A stretch of DNA of 64,000 nucleotides, from assembly GCA_031254335.1 (NCBI GenBank), contig JAIRUP010000014.1, positions 3,043 to 67,042 on the forward strand, written 5' to 3'. The notes under the pieces are model-generated. The model was not told where the DNA came from and did not search any database. It saw only the letters and a program-made list of their open reading frames with translations. Both the position numbers and the translations under genes were made by a program. This document shows positions 17,837 through 27,960 of this stretch, piece by piece (positions within the stretch are counted from its first letter, which is position 1; each line of letters opens with the position of its first letter). The DNA is from Rickettsiales bacterium (GTDB lineage: Bacteria; Pseudomonadota; Alphaproteobacteria; Rs-D84).

Positions 17837-19193
17837 TTACAATATGCCCCGCCGCCGCCAGTTTGTCGCGCAATTCATCGGATTTCTTCCAATCCTTCGC
17901 GGCGCGCGCGGCGGCGCGCTGGTCCAGCAACGCCTGAATCTCGGGTGTGATTTCCGCGGCAGGCCTCGTCGCGCTCTCTACAAGGCGAAGTCCCAAAAGC
18001 TCGTCCGCATATTTTGCGACCGCAAGTTTCACCGCGTCCGGTTCGTCCGATTTCAGAACCGCCTGCAATTCGGCCAGCACATTCGCCGTATCAAGATTAT
18101 TCGATATGATGTCTAATAATTTATTGTTTATTTCAATACTTCTTCCTTCTTCCTTCTGCCTTCTGCCTTTCTCCATCGCCGCCGCCACCTTGCGCACAAG
18201 ATTCCTGTATCCGGCGGCGGCGGCGTCCAACGCCTCCCAGGAAAATTCCAGCTGGCTTTTGTAATGCCCGGTCAAAAGGAGATAGCGGTATGCCATCGGG
18301 TCATAGCCTTTGGATTTAAGCAGCCCAAGGGTCAGAAATTCGCCTTTCGACTTGCTCATCTTGCCGCCCTTTTCGTTCAGGAACTCGCCGTGCAGCCAGT
18401 AATTAACCCAAGGCGCGCCGACGATTGGCTCGGACTGCGCGATTTCGTTGGTGTGATGAACCTTGATGTGGTCGATTCCGCCGGTGTGAATGTCGAAATG
18501 CGCGCCCAGGGTCTCCGCGCTCATGACGCTGCATTCGATGTGCCAGCCGGGAAAGCCCCTGCCCCACGGGCTGTCCCATTCCATGTCGCGCTTGGCGTCG
18601 GTTGGGGAAAATTTCCAAAGGGCGAAATCGGTCGGATTTTTTTTGCCGGCGTCGGATACGCGCGCGCCGCCGCGCAGCTCGTCCAAATTCTGATGGCCCA
18701 GCTTTCCGTAATCGGGGAATTTGGAAGTGTCGTAATAAATGCCGTCCCCGGGAATCTCGTAAGTGTATCCCAGGTCTTCCAGCTTTTTAACCCATGCGAT
18801 TTGCTGGGCGATGTAATCGGTCGCGCGCGGCATGTTGGCCGGCTCCGGAATGTTCAGGTCGCGCAAATCGCCGCGAAAGGCGGCCTCGTAGAATTTGGCG
18901 ATGTCCCAGGCGGTCTTTCCCTCGCGCCGCGCGCCCTTTTGCATCTTGTCTTCGCCGGCGTCCTCGTCGGACACAAGGTGTCCGACATCGGTTATGTTTA
19001 TGGTGTTGTTGACTCTGTATCCGTTGGCGATGAACATCCGGCGAAGTATGTCGGAATTGACGAACGCGCGAAGGTTCCCGATGTGGGCGAAGTCGTAGAC
19101 GGTGGGCCCGCATGAATAGATGGAAACTTGGCCCGGAACGCGCGGCTTGAACTCTTCGGCTTTAAGCGACATCGTGTTGTAAAGTTTTATCAT
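17820..19193 (-). CDS. cysS: Cysteinyl-tRNA synthetase
   Basis: HIGH motif (CGPTVYDFAHIGN) and KMSKS are present. The C-terminal region carries an in-frame insertion (MEKGRRQKEEGRSIEINNKLLDI) encoded by the TTCTTCC tail plus an AT-rich module at 18106-18172. Confidence 0.9.
   Translation of the reverse strand: MIKLYNTMSLKAEEFKPRVPGQVSIYSCGPTVYDFAHIGNLRAFVNSDILRRMFIANGYRVNNTINITDVGHLVSDEDAGEDKMQKGARREGKTAWDIAKFYEAAFRGDLRDLNIPEPANMPRATDYIAQQIAWVKKLEDLGYTYEIPGDGIYYDTSKFPDYGKLGHQNLDELRGGARVSDAGKKNPTDFALWKFSPTDAKRDMEWDSPWGRGFPGWHIECSVMSAETLGAHFDIHTGGIDHIKVHHTNEIAQSEPIVGAPWVNYWLHGEFLNEKGGKMSKSKGEFLTLGLLKSKGYDPMAYRYLLLTGHYKSQLEFSWEALDAAAAGYRNLVRKVAAAMEKGRRQKEEGRSIEINNKLLDIISNNLDTANVLAELQAVLKSDEPDAVKLAVAKYADELLGLRLVESATRPAAEITPEIQALLDQRAAARAAKDWKKSDELRDKLAAAGHIVNDQKI
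18106..18172 (+). repeat. AT-rich module plus TTCTTCCTTCTTCCTTCTGCC tail repeat, in-frame inside cysS
   Basis: Same tail motif as the B-family tails. Confidence 0.65.
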
Positions 19194-19212
19194 GTTTTAT
19201 TCCTATAATGAC

Positions 19213-19240
19213 TTGACAAACCCGGGCGTAAGGCTATAAT
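19213..19240 (+). promoter_or_regulatory. Near-consensus sigma70 promoter (TTGACA-N16-TATAAT) for the argB-like gene
   Basis: -35 at 19213-19218 and -10 at 19235-19240. Confidence 0.55.
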
Positions 19241-19269
19241 CAATCTGAATTTAATTATGGAGAAAACCA

Positions 19270-20063
19270 TGAGCAAAGTCAAACCCGGATTCAATGTTAC
19301 AATCGTAAGCGGCGCGCTGCTTGACAACCAGTCCATGCTTGAAAAGTTCGTCCATGACTTCGCGCACCACCGGGACCGCGGGCACGCGCTTGTCCACGGC
19401 GGGGGCGAGGAAGCGGACAAGTTCATAAAAAAGCTGGATATGCCGATATGCAAGGTGAACGGGAACCGCATAACGGACGAGCGAACCCTGGCCGAAATCA
19501 CGATGGTGTTCACCGCGCTTAATGGAAAGCTGATAAGATTGTTGGACAAGGACGCCGGCGAAAGCTATCACTGCAAGGAATATGTGGGCATGCCGCTTTG
19601 GGGCGCGATTGCGGGTTCGAAGAAAAAGCCGAAAACGAACGGAACGGATTACGGGCTTGTCGGACGGGTAGAGCCGGAAGACATAACCGAAGACACTCTT
19701 GATACGATAAAGGACGGATTTATACCGGTCATGTCGCCCATCACTTATGATTTTGGAAGGAAGCTGTGGCTGAATTCCAAGTCGAATTTCATCGCGGCCT
19801 CGCTGGCGGTTCGGTTAAGCGGCGAATACGATGTGAACCTTCGGTTTTATTCCAGCGTGATGGGCGTTCGCCTTGGGCGCGGCCAAGGGGAATTGGTCCC
19901 TGAAATAAACGAGGGGCTTTTCAACGAATTGCGTCGTGAAAATATGCTGACGCCGAATATGGTGCAAAAGCTCGAAGCTGGATTCTATGCGCTGAACTTG
20001 GGCGTTGGCAAGGTAAGCATAACGAATACATTCGCGGAACGCGGCACCGCCCTCGCCCGCTGA
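19270..20063 (+). CDS. argB: Amino-acid-kinase family protein, probably acetylglutamate kinase
   Basis: It has HGGG and an LN..N..AA..LA pattern. The start is chosen at the ATG 7 nt downstream of a GGAG box (the ORF track gives 19257). Confidence 0.55.
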
Positions 20064-20159
20064 ATCGTCACCCCCGGGTCTTCGCCCGGCCAACTCGTCT
20101 ATTTTGTGATTGCTTGCATGCCCCTTTTCTGATAAAATGGTGGAAAGAGGGAATTTTAA

Positions 20160-21425
20160 GTGAATGTTAAAAAGCTGATATTGGTCGGAATGATGGCGAT
20201 TGTGCCGTTCGGCGCGTTTGCGGTGCCGTCTGCGCAGCTGGCCCAGCCGACGGCCGGAACGCGCGGAAACGCGGGCAAGGCGCAAAGCTATCGCAACCAG
20301 CAAATCCAGCAGTATTATATGGTGAACACGCCCGATGTCGATACGGCGTGCCGCGCCAAGATTTACCAGTGCCTCGCGGACTATTGCGGCGATATGACCA
20401 TGCTTCCGGGAACCTATCAGGGCCGGTGCGATTTCGTCTCCGAGGGAGAGCTTTATAATTGGGCGCTGTTATGCATACAGAAAGATTCCACGGATTTGAT
20501 GCCCCAGTATAATGTCTATACCAAGGCGCAGGGGAAACCCGTGAATACGGCGGCGCGCCTGTGTCCGACCTATATCCAGCAGGAAATTATGTCTTACCTT
20601 TCGATGATGAACATGTCGGAAAAATTGGCCCAGCAGCGGTCAAGCGGCTGCATGGATGCGCGGGCGGAATTGGCGGCGGCCCTGTCGTGCCATGAAACGA
20701 CGATGATTTACGCGATGGAAAGTTCCAGCATGCTTGAATCTATGCTGACGGACAGTTGCGGCTCGGGCGTGTTGGGCGGAAGCCGCGCTATGGTCCAGAA
20801 ATTCTTGAATGCCGGAAATGTCGGCGGCAATGTGTGGGGTTGGGTGGACAAGATTATAAGCATGGACGCGCTGTTCGGGTCTGAAAAGGCGCGCGGCTGG
20901 GAAAGCGCGGTTGACGCGATTGCGGCGGGCTATGTGAACAGAATGAACGCGGCTTGCGGCGAAAATATGCAGTTCCAAGCGGTGCAAAGATATGTCGATA
21001 CCAGCCCGACATTGTTGCAACAAGCGGCGACTGCGTTCGTAAGCTCGCAGTTTAACGCGACGACCGACCCGAAGCAATTGACGGCGGGCGGCAAAGGCGG
21101 CGCGGCGGCGTTCCCGTCGGCCGGCGGCGCGGGCGCGGCAAGCTCTGCGAAACAGCTGATTCTGACGGTGAACTCGAATTACGCGGTGTATGATTTCAAT
21201 ACGGCGGCCCAGGTCGTGCAAGCGGGGCTTACGAATCCTATAACGACGCAGAATCCGTTTTTGACATCGCAGCAAATGAATACTATGCAGAACGCCAGAA
21301 AAACTGGAACGAAAGTATTTTTGCTTAAAGATAATTCAAGGTGCTTCATAATCGCGGTCGACGCATTGACCGAGGCCGAGAACAACCTGCTAGCCCCCCA
21401 CCTCGCCACCTGTTCCTATAATTGA
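20160..21425 (+). CDS. Secreted protein paralogous to the N-terminal domain of the giant 54-4802 protein
   Basis: GTG start with an AAGAGGG ribosome-binding site and a signal peptide (MMAIVPFGAFA). The segment TPDVDTACRAKIYQCLADYCGD aligns with TPYGKCRASYFSCMDEFCAN in the giant protein. Confidence 0.7.
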   Translation: MNVKKLILVGMMAIVPFGAFAVPSAQLAQPTAGTRGNAGKAQSYRNQQIQQYYMVNTPDVDTACRAKIYQCLADYCGDMTMLPGTYQGRCDFVSEGELYNWALLCIQKDSTDLMPQYNVYTKAQGKPVNTAARLCPTYIQQEIMSYLSMMNMSEKLAQQRSSGCMDARAELAAALSCHETTMIYAMESSSMLESMLTDSCGSGVLGGSRAMVQKFLNAGNVGGNVWGWVDKIISMDALFGSEKARGWESAVDAIAAGYVNRMNAACGENMQFQAVQRYVDTSPTLLQQAATAFVSSQFNATTDPKQLTAGGKGGAAAFPSAGGAGAASSAKQLILTVNSNYAVYDFNTAAQVVQAGLTNPITTQNPFLTSQQMNTMQNARKTGTKVFLLKDNSRCFIIAVDALTEAENNLLAPHLATCSYN

Positions 21426-21446
21426 TATGACGCGTGGAATCCTTGT

Positions 21447-21515
21447 TTATCCCGGACATAGCAGGTAATAAAAACTGTCTATTATAATAGACACAATCCT
21501 TCTTCCCTCTTCCTT
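21447..21515 (+). repeat. Degenerate family-B element with a perfect palindrome TGTCTATTATAATAGACA and a TTCTTCC tail
   Basis: Modular similarity to B copies. Confidence 0.5.
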
Positions 21516-21521
21516 TTTCCC

Positions 21522-21549
21522 TTGCACTTCCCCAAACACCTGCTATAAT
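21522..21549 (+). promoter_or_regulatory. Candidate sigma70 promoter (TTGCAC-N16-TATAAT) for rho, followed by a C-rich, G-poor leader
   Basis: -35 at 21522-21527 and -10 at 21544-21549. The leader 21555-21616 is C-rich and rut-like. Confidence 0.45.
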
Positions 21550-21616
21550 ACACCCATCAACCGGCGTCCGCCGGCCTGAATACCCCACAATTTAATACGA
21601 ACAAAAAGGCATTGAA

Positions 21617-22885
21617 ATGCTAGTCAAAGACTTGAAGTCCAAATCCGCGAAGGAACTATTGAAAATCGCCGAGGCCGCGGGGGTGGAAAACCCGTCGCAG
21701 CTGAACGCGCAGCAGCTTCGCTTCGCCATCGCGAAAACCGCGCTGCTAAGCGACCCCGATACGGCGCAAACCGGCACGGGCGTGCTGGAAAGAATGCAGG
21801 ACGGCTTCGGATTCCTAAGACAGCCCGAGGCGAATTACCTCGCGGGCCCGGACGACATCTATGTGAATCCGGCGTTAATCAGACAACATGGTCTCAGAAC
21901 CGGCGACCTTATAGAGGGCGAAATTTCCGCGCCGGCCGAAGGCGAACGCTACCTCGCGCTTAAAAATATAATAAAGGTGAATGAAGAAGAGCCGGCCGAA
22001 ATTCTGCACCGCGTGTCGTTCGACGACATGACGCCGCTCTACCCGGACGAAATGCTGAAAATGGAAACGGACGGCGACACGGAGAAAGGCCGTTCCTTGT
22101 CCGCGCGTGTCATCGATTTGATTTCGCCGACCGGCAAGGGCCAGCGTTCGTTGATAGTCGCGCCTCCGCGCACGGGTAAAACGGTCATGTTGCAGAACAT
22201 CGCGCATTCGGTCGCGACGAATTATCCGAAAGTGAAATTGATAGTCCTTCTGATAGACGAGCGCCCGGAAGAAGTTACCGACATGCAAAGGAATGTGAAG
22301 GGCGAGGTGATTTCGTCGACATTCGACGAGCCCGCGACGCGCCATGTCCAAGTCGCGGAAATGGTAATAGAAAAGGCGAAGCGCCTGGTCGAAGGCGGCG
22401 AGGATGTCGTGATTCTTCTGGACTCTATCACCCGCCTCGCGCGCGCGTTCAATACGGTCGTACCAAGCTCGGGCAAGGTCTTGACGGGCGGCGTGGACGC
22501 GCACGCGTTGCAAAGGCCGAAGAAATTCTTCGGCGCGGCGCGCAATATAGAGAACGGCGGCTCGCTTACGATTATAGCGACGGCGTTGGTGGATACGGGC
22601 TCGAAAATGGACGAAATCATATTCGAGGAATTCAAGGGAACGGGCAACTCGGAAATCATCTTGGACCGCAAGCTGTCGGACAAGCGCGTCTATCCCGCCA
22701 TCGATATAACGAAATCCGGAACGCGGAAGGACGACCTGCTGGTGGACAAGCCGACGCTTTCCAAAATGTGGGTGCTTCGCCGCATAATCAATCCGATGGG
22801 AACATTGGAAGCGATGGAGTTCTTGTTGGATAAAATGAGAACGACGAAAACGAACGCTGACTTCTTCAACACCATGAACGGGTAA
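21617..22885 (+). CDS. rho: Transcription termination factor Rho
   Basis: The N-terminal RNA-binding domain, Walker A (PPRTGKT) and RecA-like core are present. Confidence 0.95.
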   Translation: MLVKDLKSKSAKELLKIAEAAGVENPSQLNAQQLRFAIAKTALLSDPDTAQTGTGVLERMQDGFGFLRQPEANYLAGPDDIYVNPALIRQHGLRTGDLIEGEISAPAEGERYLALKNIIKVNEEEPAEILHRVSFDDMTPLYPDEMLKMETDGDTEKGRSLSARVIDLISPTGKGQRSLIVAPPRTGKTVMLQNIAHSVATNYPKVKLIVLLIDERPEEVTDMQRNVKGEVISSTFDEPATRHVQVAEMVIEKAKRLVEGGEDVVILLDSITRLARAFNTVVPSSGKVLTGGVDAHALQRPKKFFGAARNIENGGSLTIIATALVDTGSKMDEIIFEEFKGTGNSEIILDRKLSDKRVYPAIDITKSGTRKDDLLVDKPTLSKMWVLRRIINPMGTLEAMEFLLDKMRTTKTNADFFNTMNG

Positions 22886-22889
22886 ATTT

Positions 22890-23726
22890 ATGAAGAATAA
22901 AAATCCGAAAGTGTCGGTCTTGACGCCGATTTACAACACGAACCCTGAACACCTGCGCCAGGCCGTCGAATCCATCCTCGCCCAGACATTTTCCGATTTC
23001 GAGTTTATAATCCTTAACGATTCCCCGGAAAACAAGGAACTTGCGAAGATAGTGAAATCGTATAAAGACCCGCGCGTCGTCTATGTCGAGAACAAAAGGA
23101 ATATCGGGATTTCCGCCAGCAGGAACCGGCTTTTGGAACTGGCGCGCGGGGAATACCTGGCGATTTTCGACCATGACGATATATCCATGCCGGACCGCCT
23201 TGAAAAGGAAGCGGGGTATTTGGACAAGAACCCATGGGTCGGGGTGGTAAGCGGCAATGTGCTTTTCTTCCCTAAAAAGCGTATCACGAAATGCGTGGCG
23301 GATAATCTAAGAATCAAGCAATCGCTTATGTTCGGCATGACGGTTCCGCATACGGCCTGTATGCTTCGGAAAAGCGTTCTGATTGATAACGGGGTGCGTT
23401 GGGAAGAAAAATATTCCCCGGCCGAAGACTATATGCTGATGGTTCGCCTGATAGAGCATGCCATGTTTCATAACTTCCGGGACATATTGGTCCGGTATCG
23501 CTCTTTTGAAGGCAACACGACCCACCGACAATTCGATAAAATGAGGGACGCGGACGCCATGATAAAATGCGTGGCGTATGCGAAGTATCCGTATTTGGTG
23601 CGGTCCGGCGGAAGAAAATATTGGCTAAGGCTGTTCGGGGTTCCGCTTGTCCGAATCAAATTGGAATTCCGGAAAATGAAATTCTACCTTTTCGGCTTTA
23701 TCCCGGTGCTTTATATCAGGGGATAA
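22890..23726 (+). CDS. Family-2 glycosyltransferase
   Basis: GT2 N-terminus VSVLTPIYNT followed by a DxD region. The C-terminal tail contains LFGFIP. Confidence 0.75.
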   Translation: MKNKNPKVSVLTPIYNTNPEHLRQAVESILAQTFSDFEFIILNDSPENKELAKIVKSYKDPRVVYVENKRNIGISASRNRLLELARGEYLAIFDHDDISMPDRLEKEAGYLDKNPWVGVVSGNVLFFPKKRITKCVADNLRIKQSLMFGMTVPHTACMLRKSVLIDNGVRWEEKYSPAEDYMLMVRLIEHAMFHNFRDILVRYRSFEGNTTHRQFDKMRDADAMIKCVAYAKYPYLVRSGGRKYWLRLFGVPLVRIKLEFRKMKFYLFGFIPVLYIRG

Positions 23727-23752
23727 GCGAAGTTCGCGGGACCTTGTCGTTC

Positions 23753-24448
23753 TTACTTCCGCTCGGCGCAGGGTGCCGTCTCGCGCTGTTTCTCGAAAAC
23801 TATGATAGAGTTGTAGAAACACATGCTGTGCGTGATTGCCGTGAATTGCGGAACGGCTTTTTTCTTGTCCCAGGCTCCGTCCCAAAACCAATAGTTCAGA
23901 TAGTCTATGTGCCTTTTTGCGAAATCGACGAATGTTTCCTTGCTGTCTATGAAGCTCTTCCAATAATTGGTGTGCAAATCCTCGCACAGATAAACTCCGT
24001 CCTCGGCGATTTTGTCATAGCATTCAAGGAAGGTGTTTATCTGTTGCTTGGTGGTGTGTCCGCCGTCGTCGATAAGGATGTCGATTTTCGGAAGTTTTTT
24101 CATAAGGCCGCGCATGAATTTTCTGTCGCTTTGGTCGCCGATGAAAATATGGATTCCGTTTTTAGGGTCGGCGTATTTTTTGGCGGCCGGGTCTATATCA
24201 AGGCCGTAGACGGCGACCTTGCTTCCGAAATATTTCTTCCACATCTTGACGCTGCCGCCCTTGTCGATTCCGATTTCAAGGATATTGACTTTTTTGCCTA
24301 TGTATTTTGAGAAATGGCGGTTGTAGATTTGGAAATAATGGTGCCATTTGTGTATGGAGCCGTCGGAAGTCTTGTTGAATATGTCATAAAGTTTATTCTT
24401 CTCGACATCTTTTGCGCGGAACGGAATCGCCGGAACGCGCTTGGACAA
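23753..24448 (-). CDS. SAM-dependent methyltransferase, CmcI / TylF-like (sugar O-methyltransferase type)
   Basis: Motifs read VNILEIGIDKGGS, DLIDDGGH and LHTNYW, as in the CmcI family. Confidence 0.6.
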   Translation of the reverse strand: MSKRVPAIPFRAKDVEKNKLYDIFNKTSDGSIHKWHHYFQIYNRHFSKYIGKKVNILEIGIDKGGSVKMWKKYFGSKVAVYGLDIDPAAKKYADPKNGIHIFIGDQSDRKFMRGLMKKLPKIDILIDDGGHTTKQQINTFLECYDKIAEDGVYLCEDLHTNYWKSFIDSKETFVDFAKRHIDYLNYWFWDGAWDKKKAVPQFTAITHSMCFYNSIIVFEKQRETAPCAERK

Positions 24449-24505
24449 ATGGTCCGATTCAATTACTCCCCCCCCTCATCCTATTGAATATCGCTGGTTT
24501 TTTCA

Positions 24506-26146
24506 TTACTTGCTCCTTTTTATCAATGGAATGAACCCGAACAGGCGGTAAATATCCAAGCCCGGCTTGTGCCTGACAAGCATGACGGGGAAAAAGCCGA
24601 ACAGCCTGTAAATCGTTCTGCCCGGTTTTCTGCGCACCCGCATCCACGCGAACATCGGCGGGCGCGGAAGTTCCAAGGCCTTTCTGTTTTTTGCCTCGAT
24701 GTCGAATCCTTTGTGGTTGCGGCAAAGCACGACATACTGCCCGACATGGGAATGCGGGTCGCGGAGAATTTTTCGCCGGGTCTGGGCGGACAGCTCCCTG
24801 AACGGATTGAAGTCCAGCATCATGCCTTTGGGGAAAATTGTGTTCCTTGTTTTTTCCACCAGCAGGTTTGCGTCGGCCAGCTCGCGCGCGATGCTGTTCC
24901 AAGTGAAGAAATGGATATGGGTGCGGTCGAGAAGTCCGACATCCTTATAGTCGAATCTGTCGCAAAGCAGCGCGGCCTTTACCGAAGCGTGCGCGATGTT
25001 CGGGATGGACAATGCGAACGCGCCGCCGGGTTCGAGGGATTCGCGCAGTTTGGCAAGCGTCGCCATCGGGTCGCGCAAATGTTCCAGCACATCGCCCATG
25101 ACGATGAAGTCGAATTTTCCAAGGTGCGCCAAATCGGCCGCCTTGAAATTGTCCATGTCCGCGCGCTCGCACTGTTCGAAGCAGCCGGTCGCTTTGGCTA
25201 TGTCGACGGATTCCTGGTTGTAGTCCAAACCGACGACTTTGCATTTTTTCGTGTCATGCAGAAGTTTGCCCAAATCCCCGCACGCGCAGCCTATGTCCAG
25301 GACGCGCGAGCCGGGCGTTATGTAGTCGTATGCGAACGCCATGGCGTCGTTGCGCGCCCCGATTATTTCCGAAAGGTCCCTCTTGTATATCGTCCCGCGG
25401 TTGTCTTTGACGGTCGGCAGAATGCATTTCGCGCTCTTGTCCCCGTCGGCTCCAAGAAGCTGGATAACGCAGCCGTATGGGTGGGACGGCTTCGGATATT
25501 TGAATCTGAAAATATCCATGTTCTTCTCGATTTGCAAAGCCTGCTCTGGCGAAAGTTTTTCTATTATGTTGTGGTGTATGCAGTCAAGGGCGGCGATTTC
25601 TGTTTTGATTCCGTGGTTTTCGTTGGCCGCGACGCTGAAATCCTCGACATACAGATGGAAGTCGAATTTTTCGTCGAAGCGCATTTTATGCTTTTTGACC
25701 AGGGACGAATGGACGATAAGGCACTGCGCGTCAAGGGTGTCGACGGGCGTCCCGGTCTGGCTGTGCCGGTTCCAAAGGGTTCTGGACCTTTTTCCGTCGC
25801 GGGACATTTCGCGGATTGTGCCGCAGAAAATCATTTTGTTTTCTCGCGGGATATATTTCGCGCCGATTGGTCCGTAAATCTTGCCGGTGTCAAGCGCGTC
25901 CAGCTTTGGGATTATGTCTTCGCGCATTTCCCAGTCGTTGTGGCAGAAGACAAGCCATGCGTCGGATTTTGCGGCGTCGGTTTCAAGAAACTGGTTGTAT
26001 CTTTTTGATATGTGCTGGTTGTCCGTCCTGTTGTCCAAAGGAAATATCGAAATGTCTCCGTTGTCCCGGACAAAGGGATTCCGCCGGACGCATTCGTCGT
26101 AAAGCGCGTCGTTGTTGTTGACCGAGATGAATATTGCCTTTGTCAT
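24506..26146 (-). CDS. Bifunctional protein with a glycosyltransferase-like N-half and a class I SAM methyltransferase C-half
   Basis: Motif I reads VLDIGCACGDLG and there is a DVLEHL motif. The start is chosen at MTKAIF, giving an ATGA overlap with the upstream stop; the ORF-track extension to 26311 is rejected. The C-terminus has YRLFGFFP and YRLFGFIP tails. Confidence 0.65.
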   Translation of the reverse strand: MTKAIFISVNNNDALYDECVRRNPFVRDNGDISIFPLDNRTDNQHISKRYNQFLETDAAKSDAWLVFCHNDWEMREDIIPKLDALDTGKIYGPIGAKYIPRENKMIFCGTIREMSRDGKRSRTLWNRHSQTGTPVDTLDAQCLIVHSSLVKKHKMRFDEKFDFHLYVEDFSVAANENHGIKTEIAALDCIHHNIIEKLSPEQALQIEKNMDIFRFKYPKPSHPYGCVIQLLGADGDKSAKCILPTVKDNRGTIYKRDLSEIIGARNDAMAFAYDYITPGSRVLDIGCACGDLGKLLHDTKKCKVVGLDYNQESVDIAKATGCFEQCERADMDNFKAADLAHLGKFDFIVMGDVLEHLRDPMATLAKLRESLEPGGAFALSIPNIAHASVKAALLCDRFDYKDVGLLDRTHIHFFTWNSIARELADANLLVEKTRNTIFPKGMMLDFNPFRELSAQTRRKILRDPHSHVGQYVVLCRNHKGFDIEAKNRKALELPRPPMFAWMRVRRKPGRTIYRLFGFFPVMLVRHKPGLDIYRLFGFIPLIKRSK

Positions 26147-27477
26147 TTTCGCGTATCCTCTATTGCTTGGCGGGTGGCGTCCAGGAATGAATATCCGTAT
26201 TTCATGTCTGGTTCGAGATACATGGCTTCGGCCCATTCGTTCCAGGCTGAAACGAAGACGAACCGCTCGTCCTTTTGCTGGCGCGTCCAGCGGCAAAGGT
26301 CGGTTATCCATGTTTTGTAAAGCCCCGGCGACACGGGATACAAATGCGCTTCGGTGCTTATCTTGCGGGCGGTGTTGTCGTATCCGGTCATTGCGCCGCG
26401 ATGTATGGGATATTCGGCTTCATACATGTATTTTTTTGATTTTATATAATCTTCGATTTTAAGGATTTTGATGTTGCCGTTCGGATTGACAATCGTATCG
26501 ACCTTTTCTTTCCTGATTGGACAGCGCGTGTTCGTCGCAAAGTCGGCGAAAGCGTCGGCGTTATATTTGGTCGGAAGGTCCTCGGGCTTGTCGTTGTCGC
26601 AAATCAGAATTATATACGGCTCGGCCGTGCCGCGGTTGGCGCATTCTTTTTTAAGCGCGGCGATGAAATCGCCGACGCCCTTGTATTTGTTGTGCTTGTA
26701 GACGGTAAGCGCGGGGCGTCCGTCGATTTTGATATATCGCGGGTCTTGGAAAAACGGCAGGATGTCGTCCAGGAACTTGGCGGCTTCGCCCGGCGCGTGG
26801 TATGCATCATAGACTTTGCTGCCTATGCTTGTGCTGGCGATGTCCGGGTGCCAGTTCTGCGTCCAGTTCTCGTTCGCCCAGAAAAGCATGAAGGGCATAT
26901 CCAGCGATTTGTCGGACAGGAAATTGAAAATCGGCTTTTCCATTATTCGGTCGCCGTGGAACCAATAGTAATAAAAGCAGAATCCGTATATTCCGTATTG
27001 CCTTGCCAATTCCGCTTGGCGGTGCATTACGGCGGTGGTATCCAAATTATAGAACCCGGTGTCTATCGGAAGTCGCGGTTGGTAATGCCCGCAGAACTGC
27101 GGAACGGCTTTTGTTGTGTTTGTCCATTCTGTGAATCCGCGTCCGAACCAGTTGTCGTTCATCGGAAAGGAATAGAATTGTGGAAGATAATACGCGATGA
27201 CTTTCGGGTCTCCGGGTTTCCGCTCGAAATTGCGGTCGGAAAGCGGGACGAACTGGCTTTTGTCGTTGATATGATTCAGGCACCAGTCAAGATATTCCTT
27301 GCGCGCCTTGTCTTTGTCGACGCGGTTGTATAGCTTGGCCCGAACGGACGAATCACGCGCCTCGCGGAGCGCGAAGTATTTGTTTCGGACTTCCTGATAT
27401 TTTTCCCACTTTATCAAATGCAGGTTCGCCGTCAGTTTCAGCGCGTTTTTGTATATCCTGTAAATATGGAAATTCAT
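26143..27477 (-). CDS. WbsX-like / GH99-like polysaccharide biosynthesis protein
   Basis: The motif YYLPQFYSFPMNDNWFGRGFTEW is typical of the Glyco_tran_WbsX family. Confidence 0.65.
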   Translation of the reverse strand: MNFHIYRIYKNALKLTANLHLIKWEKYQEVRNKYFALREARDSSVRAKLYNRVDKDKARKEYLDWCLNHINDKSQFVPLSDRNFERKPGDPKVIAYYLPQFYSFPMNDNWFGRGFTEWTNTTKAVPQFCGHYQPRLPIDTGFYNLDTTAVMHRQAELARQYGIYGFCFYYYWFHGDRIMEKPIFNFLSDKSLDMPFMLFWANENWTQNWHPDIASTSIGSKVYDAYHAPGEAAKFLDDILPFFQDPRYIKIDGRPALTVYKHNKYKGVGDFIAALKKECANRGTAEPYIILICDNDKPEDLPTKYNADAFADFATNTRCPIRKEKVDTIVNPNGNIKILKIEDYIKSKKYMYEAEYPIHRGAMTGYDNTARKISTEAHLYPVSPGLYKTWITDLCRWTRQQKDERFVFVSAWNEWAEAMYLEPDMKYGYSFLDATRQAIEDTRK

Positions 27478-27923
27478 TGTTTTTTCCTGAAAGAATTTAT
27501 GTCGATGACATTGTTTTGTTGCGCCTTGTCCTCGTCGTTGTCGAAGGGAAGGTTTTGCTGGACGGTGTCGTCGGGGCCGTTGTCGACGGGAACGAATCCA
27601 AGGACGAAATTGACGGACGGGTCCTTGAATTCGACAAGGGAATTGAAAGGGACGATGATGTAAAAGGGTTGGCCTGAAAACGCAAGGCTGACGCCGAATC
27701 CGGTCTCGCCGACATTGAGGTTCGAGAAGGAATGTTGCAGAACGATGGTAATGGTGTCGGGATAGCGGGCGCGCAGAAAGTCGGGAAGTTTGACGCCCTT
27801 GAATCCGGTCTTGAAGGTTATGTAGAAATGTGTGGAGTCGCCAAGCCCGTTCAGCTGCACTGCGCGCAACGCCTCGCGCGCTATGAAAATTTTGGAGCGT
27901 TCGATAATCTCGTCATAGTTCAT
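27474..27923 (-). CDS. sspB: ClpXP adaptor SspB-like (stringent starvation protein B)
   Basis: The pattern LPDFLRARYPDTITIVLQ..FSNLNV..FGVSLAFSGQPFYIIVPFNSL matches the SspB fold signature, with an acidic C-terminal tail. Confidence 0.55.
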   Translation of the reverse strand: MNYDEIIERSKIFIAREALRAVQLNGLGDSTHFYITFKTGFKGVKLPDFLRARYPDTITIVLQHSFSNLNVGETGFGVSLAFSGQPFYIIVPFNSLVEFKDPSVNFVLGFVPVDNGPDDTVQQNLPFDNDEDKAQQNNVIDINSFRKKQ

Positions 27924-27960
27924 GCGGGAATGATAAACCCGCGCCCGTGGTTTTTCAAGT

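Noticed and set aside
18264-19115. ORF 18264..19115+ (283 aa)
   Set aside because: It is antisense to cysS, which has HIGH and KMSKS.
24569-26008. ORF 24569..26008+ (479 aa), and 23567..24310+
   Set aside because: They are antisense to the methyltransferase and GT genes, whose SAM-binding motifs are clear on the minus strand.
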